DNA of 57,495 nucleotides from a virus (IMGVR_UViG_3300007344_000034:1-57495), one strand, 5' to 3'. Positions 1 to 8,688 are shown, counted from the first letter of the stretch. Notes: generated by a model not told the origin, from the sequence alone. Numbers and translations are program-made.

Positions 1-168
1 AACCCACGCAGAAAAAGTCCAAGTATCTGAGTCATCACCCGCATCCACAGGAGTCCAACTCAGGTACGCAGAGTCATCATCGTTAAACCGTAGCGATCCT
101 TCAATGGTCTTAGGATAGAAGCCGCGAGTGGCGGCTTGCATGGCTGCTGGTACGGGTATAAGAGACAT
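1..168 (-). CDS. Tail fibre/spike protein with LamG/concanavalin A-like domain, N-terminal part only (runs off the window)
   Basis: Not in ORF track. ATG at 168 overlaps the TAA of 168..593. Reads MSLIPVPAAMQAATRGFYPKTIEGSLRFNDDDSAYLSWTP...TWTFSAWV; SLRFN...TFSAWV is the typical start of phage LamG-like domains. Confidence 0.75.
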   Translation of the reverse strand, partial: MSLIPVPAAMQAATRGFYPKTIEGSLRFNDDDSAYLSWTPVDAGDDSDTWTFSAWV

Positions 169-593
169 TACGACCCCTCAGTCAAAGCTGGTGTCGCGGA
201 CAAATAGACATTAGTACCGTCTGGGCAAAAATAACCAAGCATGTAAGTACCCGCCGCATTGATTGCAGTTAAGTCAGCATCCGCTAGGTGTACGTCAGCA
301 TCGACAGTCACTGTTTGTGGCGTCGTATTAACAAGAAGAATAACGCCTGACTGGCCCGCTGTTTCATTAGTGAAGGTCAGATCAATTGCGCCTGTTGGCG
401 TACAGGAGAAAAAATTTCCCGCAGACATATCAAACGAACCATCAGCATCTGTAACAACTGTACCTGTCGCTGCGCCGTTAACATCTACGTCCGCAGCAAA
501 AGTGATATCGCCTTCAATAGTATCGGCTGCAGTTAGTTCACCAAGCGCCGTTACGTCCGAACCTGTGTATATGGATTTGACTAACTTAGCCAT
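168..593 (-). CDS. Tail fibre-associated structural protein
   Basis: 141 aa, Thr/Ala/Gly-rich beta protein (DGSFDMSAGNFFSCTPTG); RBS GAGGTG; lies in the tail-fibre cluster. Confidence 0.6.
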   Translation of the reverse strand: MAKLVKSIYTGSDVTALGELTAADTIEGDITFAADVDVNGAATGTVVTDADGSFDMSAGNFFSCTPTGAIDLTFTNETAGQSGVILLVNTTPQTVTVDADVHLADADLTAINAAGTYMLGYFCPDGTNVYLSATPALTEGS

Positions 594-601
594 GTTTCAC
601 C

Positions 602-1021
602 TCAAGCCGTTAAGGGAATGTTATCTGCACTCCCGTCAGATTTAAAAAACGGAACCTGTTGAGTCGCCGTCAAAGAAATTGTATCAATAGTTGAGTCTGA
701 TTTATAAAATGGAATCTTCAAAGTGTTCGTGTAGCTAGACAGCCCAGCAACACTAAATATGTCGTACACCACGATCTCAACAACGTCAGATGCGGATAAA
801 GCGGCTAAGCCCGCAATTGTGTTAGCTGTGTTGACGTTGTAGTCAGTGTCTTTAACAAGCAGCACACCGTTCAAATAAACATCAACATAAGTGCCATCGG
901 TAAATACAAGTGCGTTGCCGTTGTCATCAGCACCAGACAAAGAAGTCTCGCTACCAGCCGCTGTGTAAAAGTACGTCTGCCGGACCGCTACATTGTTTGA
1001 GAATCTACCGATATAACTCAT
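602..1021 (-). CDS. Tail fibre/baseplate-type structural protein
   Basis: MSYIG start and the YVDVYLNGVLL...DY...ASDVVEIV module typical of phage tail appendage proteins. Confidence 0.65.
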   Translation of the reverse strand: MSYIGRFSNNVAVRQTYFYTAAGSETSLSGADDNGNALVFTDGTYVDVYLNGVLLVKDTDYNVNTANTIAGLAALSASDVVEIVVYDIFSVAGLSSYTNTLKIPFYKSDSTIDTISLTATQQVPFFKSDGSADNIPLTA

Positions 1022-2511
1022 GCTGTGTAGCTCCCGGAATCGTTAAATTGCAGAATTGTGTAATCTCCGACCGTAGTTTCAACAACGCTAGCGCCTGTAT
1101 AAGTCCCTGAGTAATACACAGTAGGTATCTTCAGGATACATACACCTGATCCACCAGAGCCGCCATTTTGCAGACTGTTACCGTAAGCGCCGCCGCCGCC
1201 GCCTCCGGTATTAGGATCTCCATCTTCACCGTTACCTGTAGAAGGCCCGGATGGAACTGGCCCTCCAGATCCTGCACCATCAGTACCAGTACCTGATGCA
1301 TCATTACTACGGCCACCACCGCCACCACCGCCTGCTCTACCTACAGGAGTACCAGTGATCGATGAGGTAACTCCAGATCCTCCATCTCCACCAACAAATG
1401 TGCCACTGTTATTGATGGCATCCTGACCTACACCGCCTGCGCCGCCTCCGCCTGCACCGTTATAAGTAACAGTAGTAAATACTAAATCTCCGCCATCATA
1501 GCCTTGGCCTGCGGTTCCTGATCCGCCTGATCTAGATGCGCTGTTATATGAAGTAGCTCCGCCACCTGATCCACCTGATCCACCTGCCGCTTCATCAAGA
1601 GTATCAGCGCCAGAGGAACCTCCGCCTCCGCCGCCAATAACAGTAATTGTAGATTGTCCTGTAACAGCTAGAGTTGAGTCAGTCCCTGCTCCTCCTCTAT
1701 TGTGAGTATCCGCAGTTTGACCTGCTCCACCGCCACCAACAACAATAGTCACAACATCTGATTGCTCTACTGTTATAGGTGATAAAGCAGAAGTGCCTCC
1801 ACCAGAACTCTCTCCGGACACAGACGACTTATAACCACCTCCGCCTCCGCCACCTGTGCCTGCGTCATAGTTTGATTGAGTAGCACCTGCTCCACCGCCA
1901 CCTGCAACAAGAACGTATTCAATATCGTAAGGGCCAAGAATATTCGTAGTACCTAAACCTACGTTAGCCCAGACGTTTGCGTCAGTCGTAGCATCAATAC
2001 ACACATATACTTCACCAGAAGTCTTGTTTAACCACAGGTGACCAGTAGCTGATGGGTTAGTGGTAATCGTTGGATCAGATGTCGATACAGTAGTGTCTGT
2101 TAACCCTTCAAATGTAGTTGACAGAGCCGCCCATGTGTTATCACCACGAAGGTATGAAGAACTAGAAGGCGTGCCAGTAGCACTTAATTCGGCTAGCCCT
2201 ATAGCGTCATCCTGCATCATCGCATTTGTTATTGAATTGGCAGGTGGTGTAGGGCTGGTTATAGCCGCGCCACGGTGAATGACATAGATATTTCCTGTGC
2301 CAGTTGGTGGTGGTGATGTAAATGTTATCGTAGTGCCTGAAATGGAATAGGCTGTAGTTGGTTGCTGTTGGACGTTTTCGACAAAAACTTCTACATCGTT
2401 TGTTGTAGCAGAGCGGGACAGCGTGAACTCAGTAGTGGAGTTATTACCGTTAAATGTATCTACGGTTGTCGTAGTAAAGTTGCTATCAGGCTGATTCCCA
2501 AGATACGGCAT
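1018..2511 (-). CDS. Glycine-rich tail fibre protein
   Basis: 497 aa; MPYLGNQP N-terminus, VFVENVQQQP module, C-terminal Gly-rich domain (VAGGGGAG...GGSGGSGVCILK). Confidence 0.8.
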   Translation of the reverse strand: MPYLGNQPDSNFTTTTVDTFNGNNSTTEFTLSRSATTNDVEVFVENVQQQPTTAYSISGTTITFTSPPPTGTGNIYVIHRGAAITSPTPPANSITNAMMQDDAIGLAELSATGTPSSSSYLRGDNTWAALSTTFEGLTDTTVSTSDPTITTNPSATGHLWLNKTSGEVYVCIDATTDANVWANVGLGTTNILGPYDIEYVLVAGGGGAGATQSNYDAGTGGGGGGGYKSSVSGESSGGGTSALSPITVEQSDVVTIVVGGGGAGQTADTHNRGGAGTDSTLAVTGQSTITVIGGGGGGSSGADTLDEAAGGSGGSGGGATSYNSASRSGGSGTAGQGYDGGDLVFTTVTYNGAGGGGAGGVGQDAINNSGTFVGGDGGSGVTSSITGTPVGRAGGGGGGGRSNDASGTGTDGAGSGGPVPSGPSTGNGEDGDPNTGGGGGGAYGNSLQNGGSGGSGVCILKIPTVYYSGTYTGASVVETTVGDYTILQFNDSGSYTA

Positions 2512-2849
2512 TACGCGATCTCCAAGATACTTAGGGTTGTGTCAGCGGAGTTAGCTGTGTCGCTCGTAACTTTAATTACGTCGCTAGCCTCCATAACAAC
2601 CTTTTGGTCCCCTCCAACAGGTACAAGCGATGATCCAACAGGAATTGGTGCCGCCTTAACTAAATACACATTATCGCCATCGTTGTTCTCAAGCGTGACA
2701 TCCACAAGAATCTGGCTTGTAGTGATGTTCGCTATCGCTAACCCAATAACCGTAGTCGCGGTTGCGGATGGGCATGTGTAAATAGTCATCGCGGTGCTTG
2801 CCCCAGTGGCGCTACCGTCGAACGTTTTGACTTTAAATGTGTTCGCCAT
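2511..2849 (-). CDS. Conserved virion structural protein
   Basis: 112 aa MANTFK...YTCPSATATTVIGL...SILEIA; coupled by TAATG to the next gene. Confidence 0.6.
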   Translation of the reverse strand: MANTFKVKTFDGSATGASTAMTIYTCPSATATTVIGLAIANITTSQILVDVTLENNDGDNVYLVKAAPIPVGSSLVPVGGDQKVVMEASDVIKVTSDTANSADTTLSILEIA

Positions 2850-2852
2850 GTT

Positions 2853-3230
2853 TTACCCCAATGCAATCGCCAGAGCTACGGCTGTCCCGGCTGGGTCAAA
2901 GAACGTGCTCGTACCATCGGCTTCTAAATACGCGGCTCTTTCAGCGGGTTGAGTTACAAACACCGTCTTAGTACCCGCAGAAAAATTAACCAAGCTGCCG
3001 CTGTTAGACGACTCTAAGACAGTGTCACGTGATAATGTCGTACCAGAAGCCGTATATGTACCAACACCAATCTCAAACTCAGTCTCTCCTGCAATAGCGT
3101 AGTAAGTCGTATTGCCATCGCCAATAACCGAGAACGATTGAAAGCCAGACGCCGCCCCAGCCAAGGTGATAGTTCCTGTACCAGTAGTAGTCGTGCTTTC
3201 TTTAACTCGATCTTTAACGACGATAGCCAT
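2853..3230 (-). CDS. Conserved tail-associated structural protein
   Basis: MAIVVKDRVKESTTTTGTGT...NFSAGTKTVFVT...ALAIALG; in the tail gene cluster. Confidence 0.6.
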   Translation of the reverse strand: MAIVVKDRVKESTTTTGTGTITLAGAASGFQSFSVIGDGNTTYYAIAGETEFEIGVGTYTASGTTLSRDTVLESSNSGSLVNFSAGTKTVFVTQPAERAAYLEADGTSTFFDPAGTAVALAIALG

Positions 3231-3679
3231 TACGCGATCCTAATAATTGCCGTGTTATAAGCCGCAGCAGGTATAACAACAGTGAAGTCACCATCAGTCG
3301 CCGTCTTAGTCTCACCAAAATCCAACAAAGCAACAGCCTTATTCGCTTGAGATGAGTTGTAGATAATCGCGCCACGTGCGTCTAGGTCTACATTGCTAAA
3401 CACAACGTCATCGAAATCTACATACGCCACATCGTTAGTGTTGTCTGTAGTAACGGAAACGTTAGCTAACGTTGCTCCACCAGTCGTGTAGTTAGTTCCT
3501 GAAGAAGAAACCTCATCACTATTGCCTGTCACATCAGAATAATTAGTTGTGTCAGCGTCATAAGTGCCCGCCATACTTGGAATGATTAACGCCATCTTTA
3601 AGGTGTCATTAACCACATCGTGCGTGCCGTTCAAGATTTCATTCTTAAACGAGTTGCATAAAGTCTGCGTAATTGCCAT
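3230..3679 (-). CDS. Conserved virion structural protein
   Basis: 149 aa MAITQTLCNSFKNEIL...ARGAIIYN...LDFG...AIIRIA; RBS AAGGAG. Confidence 0.6.
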   Translation of the reverse strand: MAITQTLCNSFKNEILNGTHDVVNDTLKMALIIPSMAGTYDADTTNYSDVTGNSDEVSSSGTNYTTGGATLANVSVTTDNTNDVAYVDFDDVVFSNVDLDARGAIIYNSSQANKAVALLDFGETKTATDGDFTVVIPAAAYNTAIIRIA

Positions 3680-3690
3680 TGTTTACTCCT

Positions 3691-4368
3691 TTACCTTACC
3701 GGGTATCTAGCTTGAGCAGTTCTGTACATATCCTGACGATTCTTACCTTCAGCCTGCATTTTAAGCTGTAGGAGCGCTTCGTCATACCGTTTTTGGTACT
3801 GTGCTATAACGTCTTGCTCACCTTTCATGAAAGTGTACGCCTCTAACAAAGCACCATAAAGCAATACAGAATCAAAGTTATCGCCAAGCCAAGTATTAGT
3901 GGCGGTAACGATTGTCTCTGGATAATAAAAATAGTGAAGCTCCACTGTATATGTGCTGTCAGGGGTGGGCCCAACAATCAGGGAGTTTTTATCGAAAGTC
4001 GCGTAATGAGAGGGCAACCCAGTATCTGTTGGCGTAGGAAACGCCTCACGGATAAAGTTCACATCCTTGTTCAACAGGTAGCTGTACGCCCCAGCGCCGT
4101 CTACGACAGCCAATGAATAAGTTGCCAACCAATCACTAGGCAGAGTGACATACTTATTGCTAGTAGTAACCGAACCAGTAACGTTCTTGCGAAGATCAAG
4201 AATCTGTACCCCGTTGTAAATCCGCTGTTCTGCTTGCTTGATAAATGTATCGAGCTGCTCTTTACCAGTGAAATCCGCAGAAGTACCCGTGGTAGTGGTC
4301 CACGTAGTGTTAGGGAAGTCGTTCTCAACGTACCCTTTGATTGTTTCAAACAGCGTAGTGTAGTTCAC
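3691..4368 (-). CDS. Head-tail adaptor / tail tubular protein A-like
   Basis: 225 aa, GTG start with AGGAG RBS; FIKQAEQRI, GPTPDSTYTVELHY and LLYGALLEA motifs. Confidence 0.7.
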   Translation of the reverse strand: MNYTTLFETIKGYVENDFPNTTWTTTTGTSADFTGKEQLDTFIKQAEQRIYNGVQILDLRKNVTGSVTTSNKYVTLPSDWLATYSLAVVDGAGAYSYLLNKDVNFIREAFPTPTDTGLPSHYATFDKNSLIVGPTPDSTYTVELHYFYYPETIVTATNTWLGDNFDSVLLYGALLEAYTFMKGEQDVIAQYQKRYDEALLQLKMQAEGKNRQDMYRTAQARYPVR

Positions 4369-4376
4369 AATATCTC

Positions 4377-4721
4377 CTACGAAGTCACTGTTACTGTACC
4401 TACTGCAGTAGTAGCTACAAGTTTATTCGGTAACCCACTGATATTATAGGGGTTTGATAGCCCAACAGGGTTCCAGCCCCATTGTATCTCCCTAGACTCA
4501 GCATAGCTATTGTCAGGTCTAGGATTCCGTAGCGCCTGTGGGTCTTCAATAACATACATACCCAACTGCAACTGCGGCTGATCTGGCTCCCAACACGTAG
4601 GACAAACCAGTATATTTACCTGCTTAGTCTTGATCGTCAGTGGCTTCAGCTTTTTCAGTTCGTACTGAAACCCACAACGGTCACATACTCCTAATGCTCT
4701 TTTACCGGCAGCAAATGCCAT
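4377..4721 (-). CDS. Conserved Zn-binding phage protein
   Basis: CDRCG...VCPTCWEPDQPQL...DPQALRNPRPD; AAGGAG RBS. Confidence 0.6.
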   Translation of the reverse strand: MAFAAGKRALGVCDRCGFQYELKKLKPLTIKTKQVNILVCPTCWEPDQPQLQLGMYVIEDPQALRNPRPDNSYAESREIQWGWNPVGLSNPYNISGLPNKLVATTAVGTVTVTS

Positions 4722-4730
4722 ATCTGCTCC

Positions 4731-5408
4731 TTAGTAGAAGAACTCACGTGGAGCCAACCTCAACGAGGCTTTCTCTCTATCCTCCGCAGAAGCCAAAGTC
4801 CACTGTTCTTCATATGATGCCTTGAGCATCTCGATACGGTTCATAGCCTCTGGGATCTTTAGAGACAAGTAATACGCCAATCCAGCGACCAAACATGGAA
4901 GCATACGGAACGGGATGTCTTGGTTGTTTACACCGTTACCCGCGTCCTGAATACGGCGCATACGCCAATAAGTAAATGTATAGCTGCCATCAGGGACTGG
5001 CCACACGTTGATTTGCGGCACATCCGCTTGGCGGTCAATCCATACTTGGATCGGACGCCCTTCTACATTCTTGTTAGGGATACTAGCGTAGGTAGATACA
5101 CTAATTCGCGTCATACTAAGGTCTGACTGAGATGTACCAGTTCCTGTACGTATCACATGGTCAAGTAAGTCAATCGTATCAGCGGGTAAATTGTAAGTTC
5201 CTGTACCGTCAGTTAAGGCAATGGAGCCTTCTTCAATAGTCCACAGGTTAATACCACGATTCGCCCATTCGATGGACAGAAGGTTAAGGCTACGGCGAGC
5301 CGTACGCATGTCATAGCCCGTGCGAAGTTCTACGCCGCAACGTTCAAACGCCTCTTCAACGAGGTTGTTCAGGTCTAGGTCAAAGGCTGCTGTTCCTGAC
5401 GTTGCCAT
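4731..5408 (-). CDS. Head-tail adaptor / tail tubular protein A-like (second paralog)
   Basis: 225 aa; EEAFERCG, ARRSLNLL, GRP...VWPVPD and LVAGLAYYL motifs. Confidence 0.7.
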   Translation of the reverse strand: MATSGTAAFDLDLNNLVEEAFERCGVELRTGYDMRTARRSLNLLSIEWANRGINLWTIEEGSIALTDGTGTYNLPADTIDLLDHVIRTGTGTSQSDLSMTRISVSTYASIPNKNVEGRPIQVWIDRQADVPQINVWPVPDGSYTFTYWRMRRIQDAGNGVNNQDIPFRMLPCLVAGLAYYLSLKIPEAMNRIEMLKASYEEQWTLASAEDREKASLRLAPREFFY

Positions 5409-5686
5409 TACTTCTTCTTCCTTTTAAGCGGGGCCACTCTACGCGGCTTACCTGCTGGTTGTCCTAGGCGCTTCTTCTGCGCTATACGCTTTTTCTTCTC
5501 CGCCGCCGTCATTTCACCAGACGTTTTCGGAGTTTTGCTAGAGACTCTTTTACTCGGTCTACAATACGGCGTACCGCGTTTTTCACCTTTGTCGCGTCCA
5601 CATGCTTTCCCAGTACGAACATCTTTCCAGTCCTCTTTGAACCAGCGTTTCAGTGCTGCACCTTTTGCAGTCTTGCGAACGGCCAT
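5408..5686 (-). CDS. Small basic protein, DUF5872-like (C-terminal half)
   Basis: LKRWFKEDWKDV...CGR...PYCRPSKRVSSKTPKT; family recognised from memory. Confidence 0.6.
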   Translation of the reverse strand: MAVRKTAKGAALKRWFKEDWKDVRTGKACGRDKGEKRGTPYCRPSKRVSSKTPKTSGEMTAAEKKKRIAQKKRLGQPAGKPRRVAPLKRKKK

Positions 5687-5826
5687 TACTTTTTACCAGC
5701 TCGCTTCTTTCTACATTTGGCGATAGCACCTGAAGCATAAGCAGAAGGGAAGACCTTATACTGCGCCTTTACCTTGTGGTAACAAGCGTCTTTAACAGAT
5801 CCACCCTTCTTATAGTAGCTACGCAT
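5686..5826 (-). CDS. Small basic protein, DUF5872-like (N-terminal PSAYASG half), 46 aa
   Basis: Not in ORF track. MRSYYKKGGSVKDACYHKVKAQYKVFPSAYASGAIAKCRKKRAGKK; TAATG overlaps on both sides fill the gap exactly. Confidence 0.75.
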   Translation of the reverse strand: MRSYYKKGGSVKDACYHKVKAQYKVFPSAYASGAIAKCRKKRAGKK

Positions 5827-6110
5827 TACCGCATTTGACCGCGAGTTTTGCCGCGCATAGCGCAACCGTCGATCCTACCGCCTCTAGCTTTTTTAGTAAC
5901 CGCTTTGCGGATTTTAGACAAATCTGGAGCTTCAGGTTTCTCACTAAATTTCTTTACAAACTCATCTCTAGTCATTTTATCGGTTATTTTACCGCCCGGT
6001 GCGTAGCCTTTCATCTTGCCGCCCATTTTGGCTTTCATAGTGTCTTTAGCTAAACACTTGCCAGCCGCTTTACATTTAGCTGGTGACTTACACCCTGCAC
6101 ACATTTTCAT
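5826..6110 (-). CDS. Small basic protein with YAPGG and C-terminal DG..RGKTRG motif
   Basis: 94 aa, Lys-rich, translationally coupled to both neighbours. Confidence 0.65.
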   Translation of the reverse strand: MKMCAGCKSPAKCKAAGKCLAKDTMKAKMGGKMKGYAPGGKITDKMTRDEFVKKFSEKPEAPDLSKIRKAVTKKARGGRIDGCAMRGKTRGQMR

Positions 6111-6415
6111 ATCATACGTCCTTTTGTTTTACCGCGCTGGGCGATACCATCAATCTTACGAACTTTGCCGCCTTTCTTAAAAGACCCCATTTTTTCTTGG
6201 GTCCTCTTTTCAAACTTTTTTCGATCTTGTTCAAGAAAACGAGCTTGAAGTTTTTCCTCATCTGTGGGGTTTTTGCCCCCCGCTCTTTCTTCTTTTGTTT
6301 TAGGTGTTCTATTTTCTTTAACCTTTCTACCCAGACTTGGAGAAGGTCTCGCCCGTTCTGTCATTGACAAAGGCAACCCGGCGTATCCACCTTCGTCTCT
6401 AGTTTTTCTAGCCAT
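6107..6415 (-). CDS. Small basic protein with FKKGG and C-terminal DGIAQRGKTKG motif
   Basis: Start moved to ATG 6415 (TAATG overlap with the upstream stop); 102 aa. Confidence 0.65.
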   Translation of the reverse strand: MARKTRDEGGYAGLPLSMTERARPSPSLGRKVKENRTPKTKEERAGGKNPTDEEKLQARFLEQDRKKFEKRTQEKMGSFKKGGKVRKIDGIAQRGKTKGRMI

Positions 6416-6651
6416 TACATAAACCTCTCTGCTACGGCAACGCCTACAATAAGTACGGCTAAGCCCCACATACGTAGATCCAATTTTTCAAGAAAAGCCT
6501 TCTGGTCGGTCAGCTTCTCTTCAATGCGCTCATACCTAGAACTACACTCTTTCTCGTGTGACTCTAATAAAAGAAGCACATCTTTAGCCTGTAGTTCTTT
6601 GTCCTCCAATGACACCGTAACTTCCTGTAACTTTCTAGCTCTAGTCGCCAT
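6415..6651 (-). CDS. Coiled-coil protein with C-terminal TM helix (XhlA-like)
   Basis: Start moved to ATG 6651 (TAATG); HEKECSSRYERIEEKL...MWGLAVLIVGVAVA. Confidence 0.6.
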   Translation of the reverse strand: MATRARKLQEVTVSLEDKELQAKDVLLLLESHEKECSSRYERIEEKLTDQKAFLEKLDLRMWGLAVLIVGVAVAERFM

Positions 6652-6953
6652 TAGCAATTCCACTTACGTAAACTTTTGTTAATACGGCTATTCGGATCGT
6701 TTGCTGTCTTTGCACTGGTAAGTCTTTTCTTCATACCAGACATACGCGCACAGAAAGAAGCGCGACGTTTCGCGGCCTTCGATCCTTTCTTGAGTTTGCT
6801 GGGCTTAGTAGTTACAGCCGTCTTTAACTTGCTACCGGGGTTCTGTTTCCGATAGCTAGCGACGCCTTTAGCGTTCAGCCCACCAGACTCACTTTTACCT
6901 TCTTTGCGCTGCCACGCGGCGGTCTTACCGCCTTTCTTGTAATACGCACGCAT
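6651..6953 (-). CDS. Small basic protein, DUF6321-like
   Basis: AWQRKEGKSESGGLNAKG...RRASFCARM...DPNSRINKSLRKWNC; family recognised from memory. Confidence 0.7.
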   Translation of the reverse strand: MRAYYKKGGKTAAWQRKEGKSESGGLNAKGVASYRKQNPGSKLKTAVTTKPSKLKKGSKAAKRRASFCARMSGMKKRLTSAKTANDPNSRINKSLRKWNC

Positions 6954-6961
6954 TACATAAC

Positions 6962-7240
6962 CTACGCATACAGCACTGTAACCGAAGTCACATTGGCAAT
7001 AGTGGCATAAGCACTGGTCTCACAACGGACTGGTGCGGCTGACAAATCTACGTAACTCGTAGCGGTGGCAGACGCAGGGGTAGCTACAGTAATAACAGCG
7101 GTGCCACTGGCTCCGCCGTCTTTAATAACTACGCTACCAGCGGTTCCGCTGGCGACATAGTAGATACCCATAATCCGAGCAGGACCACCAAATACCGCAC
7201 CAGAGGCGGTTACGGTAGTAGTCTTACCATCAGAGTGCAT
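6962..7240 (-). CDS. Small beta-sandwich virion protein
   Basis: 92 aa, all-beta composition, downstream of the capsid genes. Confidence 0.55.
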   Translation of the reverse strand: MHSDGKTTTVTASGAVFGGPARIMGIYYVASGTAGSVVIKDGGASGTAVITVATPASATATSYVDLSAAPVRCETSAYATIANVTSVTVLYA

Positions 7241-7374
7241 TACTTAGTTTCCTTCTTAGCCGCTGACTTTTTGGCTGCTGGCTTCTTAGGCTCTTCCTTT
7301 TTCATAGGAGTGCCGTCAGGGTTTAGCCCGCGAGCAGCTAGTTCTTCAGCAGAGGCTGGCTTAAAACGACTCAT
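7240..7374 (-). CDS. 44-aa protein with histone-H1-like KKPAAKK tail
   Basis: Not in ORF track. MSRFKPASAEELAARGLNPDGTPMKKEEPKKPAAKKSAAKKETK; GGGGGTG RBS; stop overlaps ATG 7240. Confidence 0.65.
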   Translation of the reverse strand: MSRFKPASAEELAARGLNPDGTPMKKEEPKKPAAKKSAAKKETK

Positions 7375-7387
7375 AAGTCACCCCCGC

Positions 7388-7612
7388 TTACGCTGCTGCG
7401 ATAGTTGCGCCAGTATCTGAACGCTTCCAGTTAGTACCGTCAGAGAAAGCGAGAATTGCTGAACCTGCCGCACCGTTAGAAACGTAGATAAGCGTGCCAG
7501 CACCAGCGTCAGAAGCTGATGGAGCAGAAGCTACGGTATAAGTTGGAACTTTAATATCACCGACGAAGCCGTTCGTAGAGGTGACTGGACCTGAAAAGGT
7601 AGTTGATGCCAT
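7388..7612 (-). CDS. Small capsid fibre/decoration-like protein
   Basis: MASTTFSGPVTSTNGF...LIYVSNGAAG...FSDGTNWKR; GAGGA RBS at the 3' end of the structured RNA. Confidence 0.6.
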   Translation of the reverse strand: MASTTFSGPVTSTNGFVGDIKVPTYTVASAPSASDAGAGTLIYVSNGAAGSAILAFSDGTNWKRSDTGATIAAA

Positions 7613-7618
7613 TGCGAT

Positions 7619-7692
7619 GTCCTCACATGCGAGTTTAGTGCGCCTGTCTGCATGTCGTCTGCTAGGTCAGTCCGACGCACCCATTTCCTAGT
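7619..7692 (-). ncRNA. Structured RNA element downstream of the capsid gene (probable Mu-gpT-DE motif), double pseudoknot
   Basis: Three interleaved helices: CUAGG/CCUAG (7691-7687 with 7666-7662), GUGCGUC/GGCGCAC (7680-7674 with 7644-7638), ACAUGC/GCAUGU (7655-7650 with 7630-7625). Position matches the described context of the Mu-gpT-DE motif. Confidence 0.7.
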
Positions 7693-7726
7693 TACGCTTA
7701 CTAAAGCACAGGTAAAAGATTGAGTC

Positions 7727-7754
7727 AAATAAAAAGGGGACCCGAAGGTCCCCT
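7727..7754 (-). terminator. Rho-independent terminator after major capsid gene
   Basis: Minus strand AGGGGACC-TTCG-GGTCCCCT followed by TTTTATTT. Confidence 0.9.
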
Positions 7755-7776
7755 CTAGCAGTAGCTTTTAAGCTAC

Positions 7777-8688
7777 TTATGCAGCACCCGGAGATCCGAA
7801 GATTCCCAGTGGATCTGACCAGCCGAAGCTGTAACGCTCACGAGCCTTGTAACGTACGTTACCAGTATCGAAATCGCCGTCCATGCCTGTAGTCATCGCA
7901 GCACGTGTGAAGTGCTTGAGACCGTTAGGTACGTCAGTAGTCAAGAACCATGCGTCATCATCAGTCAAGAAGTTGTTGACTGTGTAGCCTTCAGGAACAA
8001 CACCGTTGTTCATGATTGCGTTGATGTCGTTATCGGCAGTACCGACACGGCCTTCTGTTTCTAACAAACGAGTTGCTACGAACTGCAACGCAGGTGGAAT
8101 GATGAGCTTACGTGGCTTAGCTGCAATAAGCAGTCCACGCTCGTCAGTCCAAGCTGCAATCTGAATAACAGCCGCTTCCAAAGAAGTTTCGTTAAGGTCA
8201 GCCGCAGTTGAAGGCTCGTTAGAGTTAGTGCCACCAGAAACAAGTGGGTGCGCTGTAGAGAACAGCTCAACACCGTCGCCACCAGTGTAGCTAGAGTTGA
8301 AGCCGTTGTTCAGAACAGCAGCAGCCTTGGTTTGCTTCGTGTACGCCATCGCACGAGCCAATGCCTTGGTATAACGAGATGACAATGAGTCATACAGGTT
8401 ATCTTCAACCGCTTCTTCAGTGATTGAGAATCCAAGAGCAATAGTTTCGTGTGTGTAACGCGAAGTCCATGCTTCTTGTGCGTTGTCATAAGAGATTGAA
8501 GAACCTTCTTCCTTCACAGGAGCAGTTCCAAATCCTGACAACTTGGTTTCTTCTTCAAATGAGCGCTCAGAAGTCTCTGCTTCAAAGATTTCTTTATGCT
8601 GCTCACCATACTTTTGATATTCCAAGCCGAACAATGCGTTCAGGCCGGGAAGTAGCTCTTTAAGGAGCTGGGCGCGTGAAATTGCCAT
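7777..8688 (-). CDS. Major capsid protein (HK97 fold, Mu gpT-like)
   Basis: MAISRAQLLKELLPGLNALFG...DFDTGNVRYKARERYSFGWSDP; strong AAGGAG RBS; followed by a terminator. Confidence 0.92.
   Translation of the reverse strand: MAISRAQLLKELLPGLNALFGLEYQKYGEQHKEIFEAETSERSFEEETKLSGFGTAPVKEEGSSISYDNAQEAWTSRYTHETIALGFSITEEAVEDNLYDSLSSRYTKALARAMAYTKQTKAAAVLNNGFNSSYTGGDGVELFSTAHPLVSGGTNSNEPSTAADLNETSLEAAVIQIAAWTDERGLLIAAKPRKLIIPPALQFVATRLLETEGRVGTADNDINAIMNNGVVPEGYTVNNFLTDDDAWFLTTDVPNGLKHFTRAAMTTGMDGDFDTGNVRYKARERYSFGWSDPLGIFGSPGAA

Noticed and set aside
1018-1900. CCGCCACC-type nucleotide repeats as VNTR or DGR target
   Set aside because: Explained by poly-Gly codons; no reverse transcriptase or template/variable repeat pair seen.
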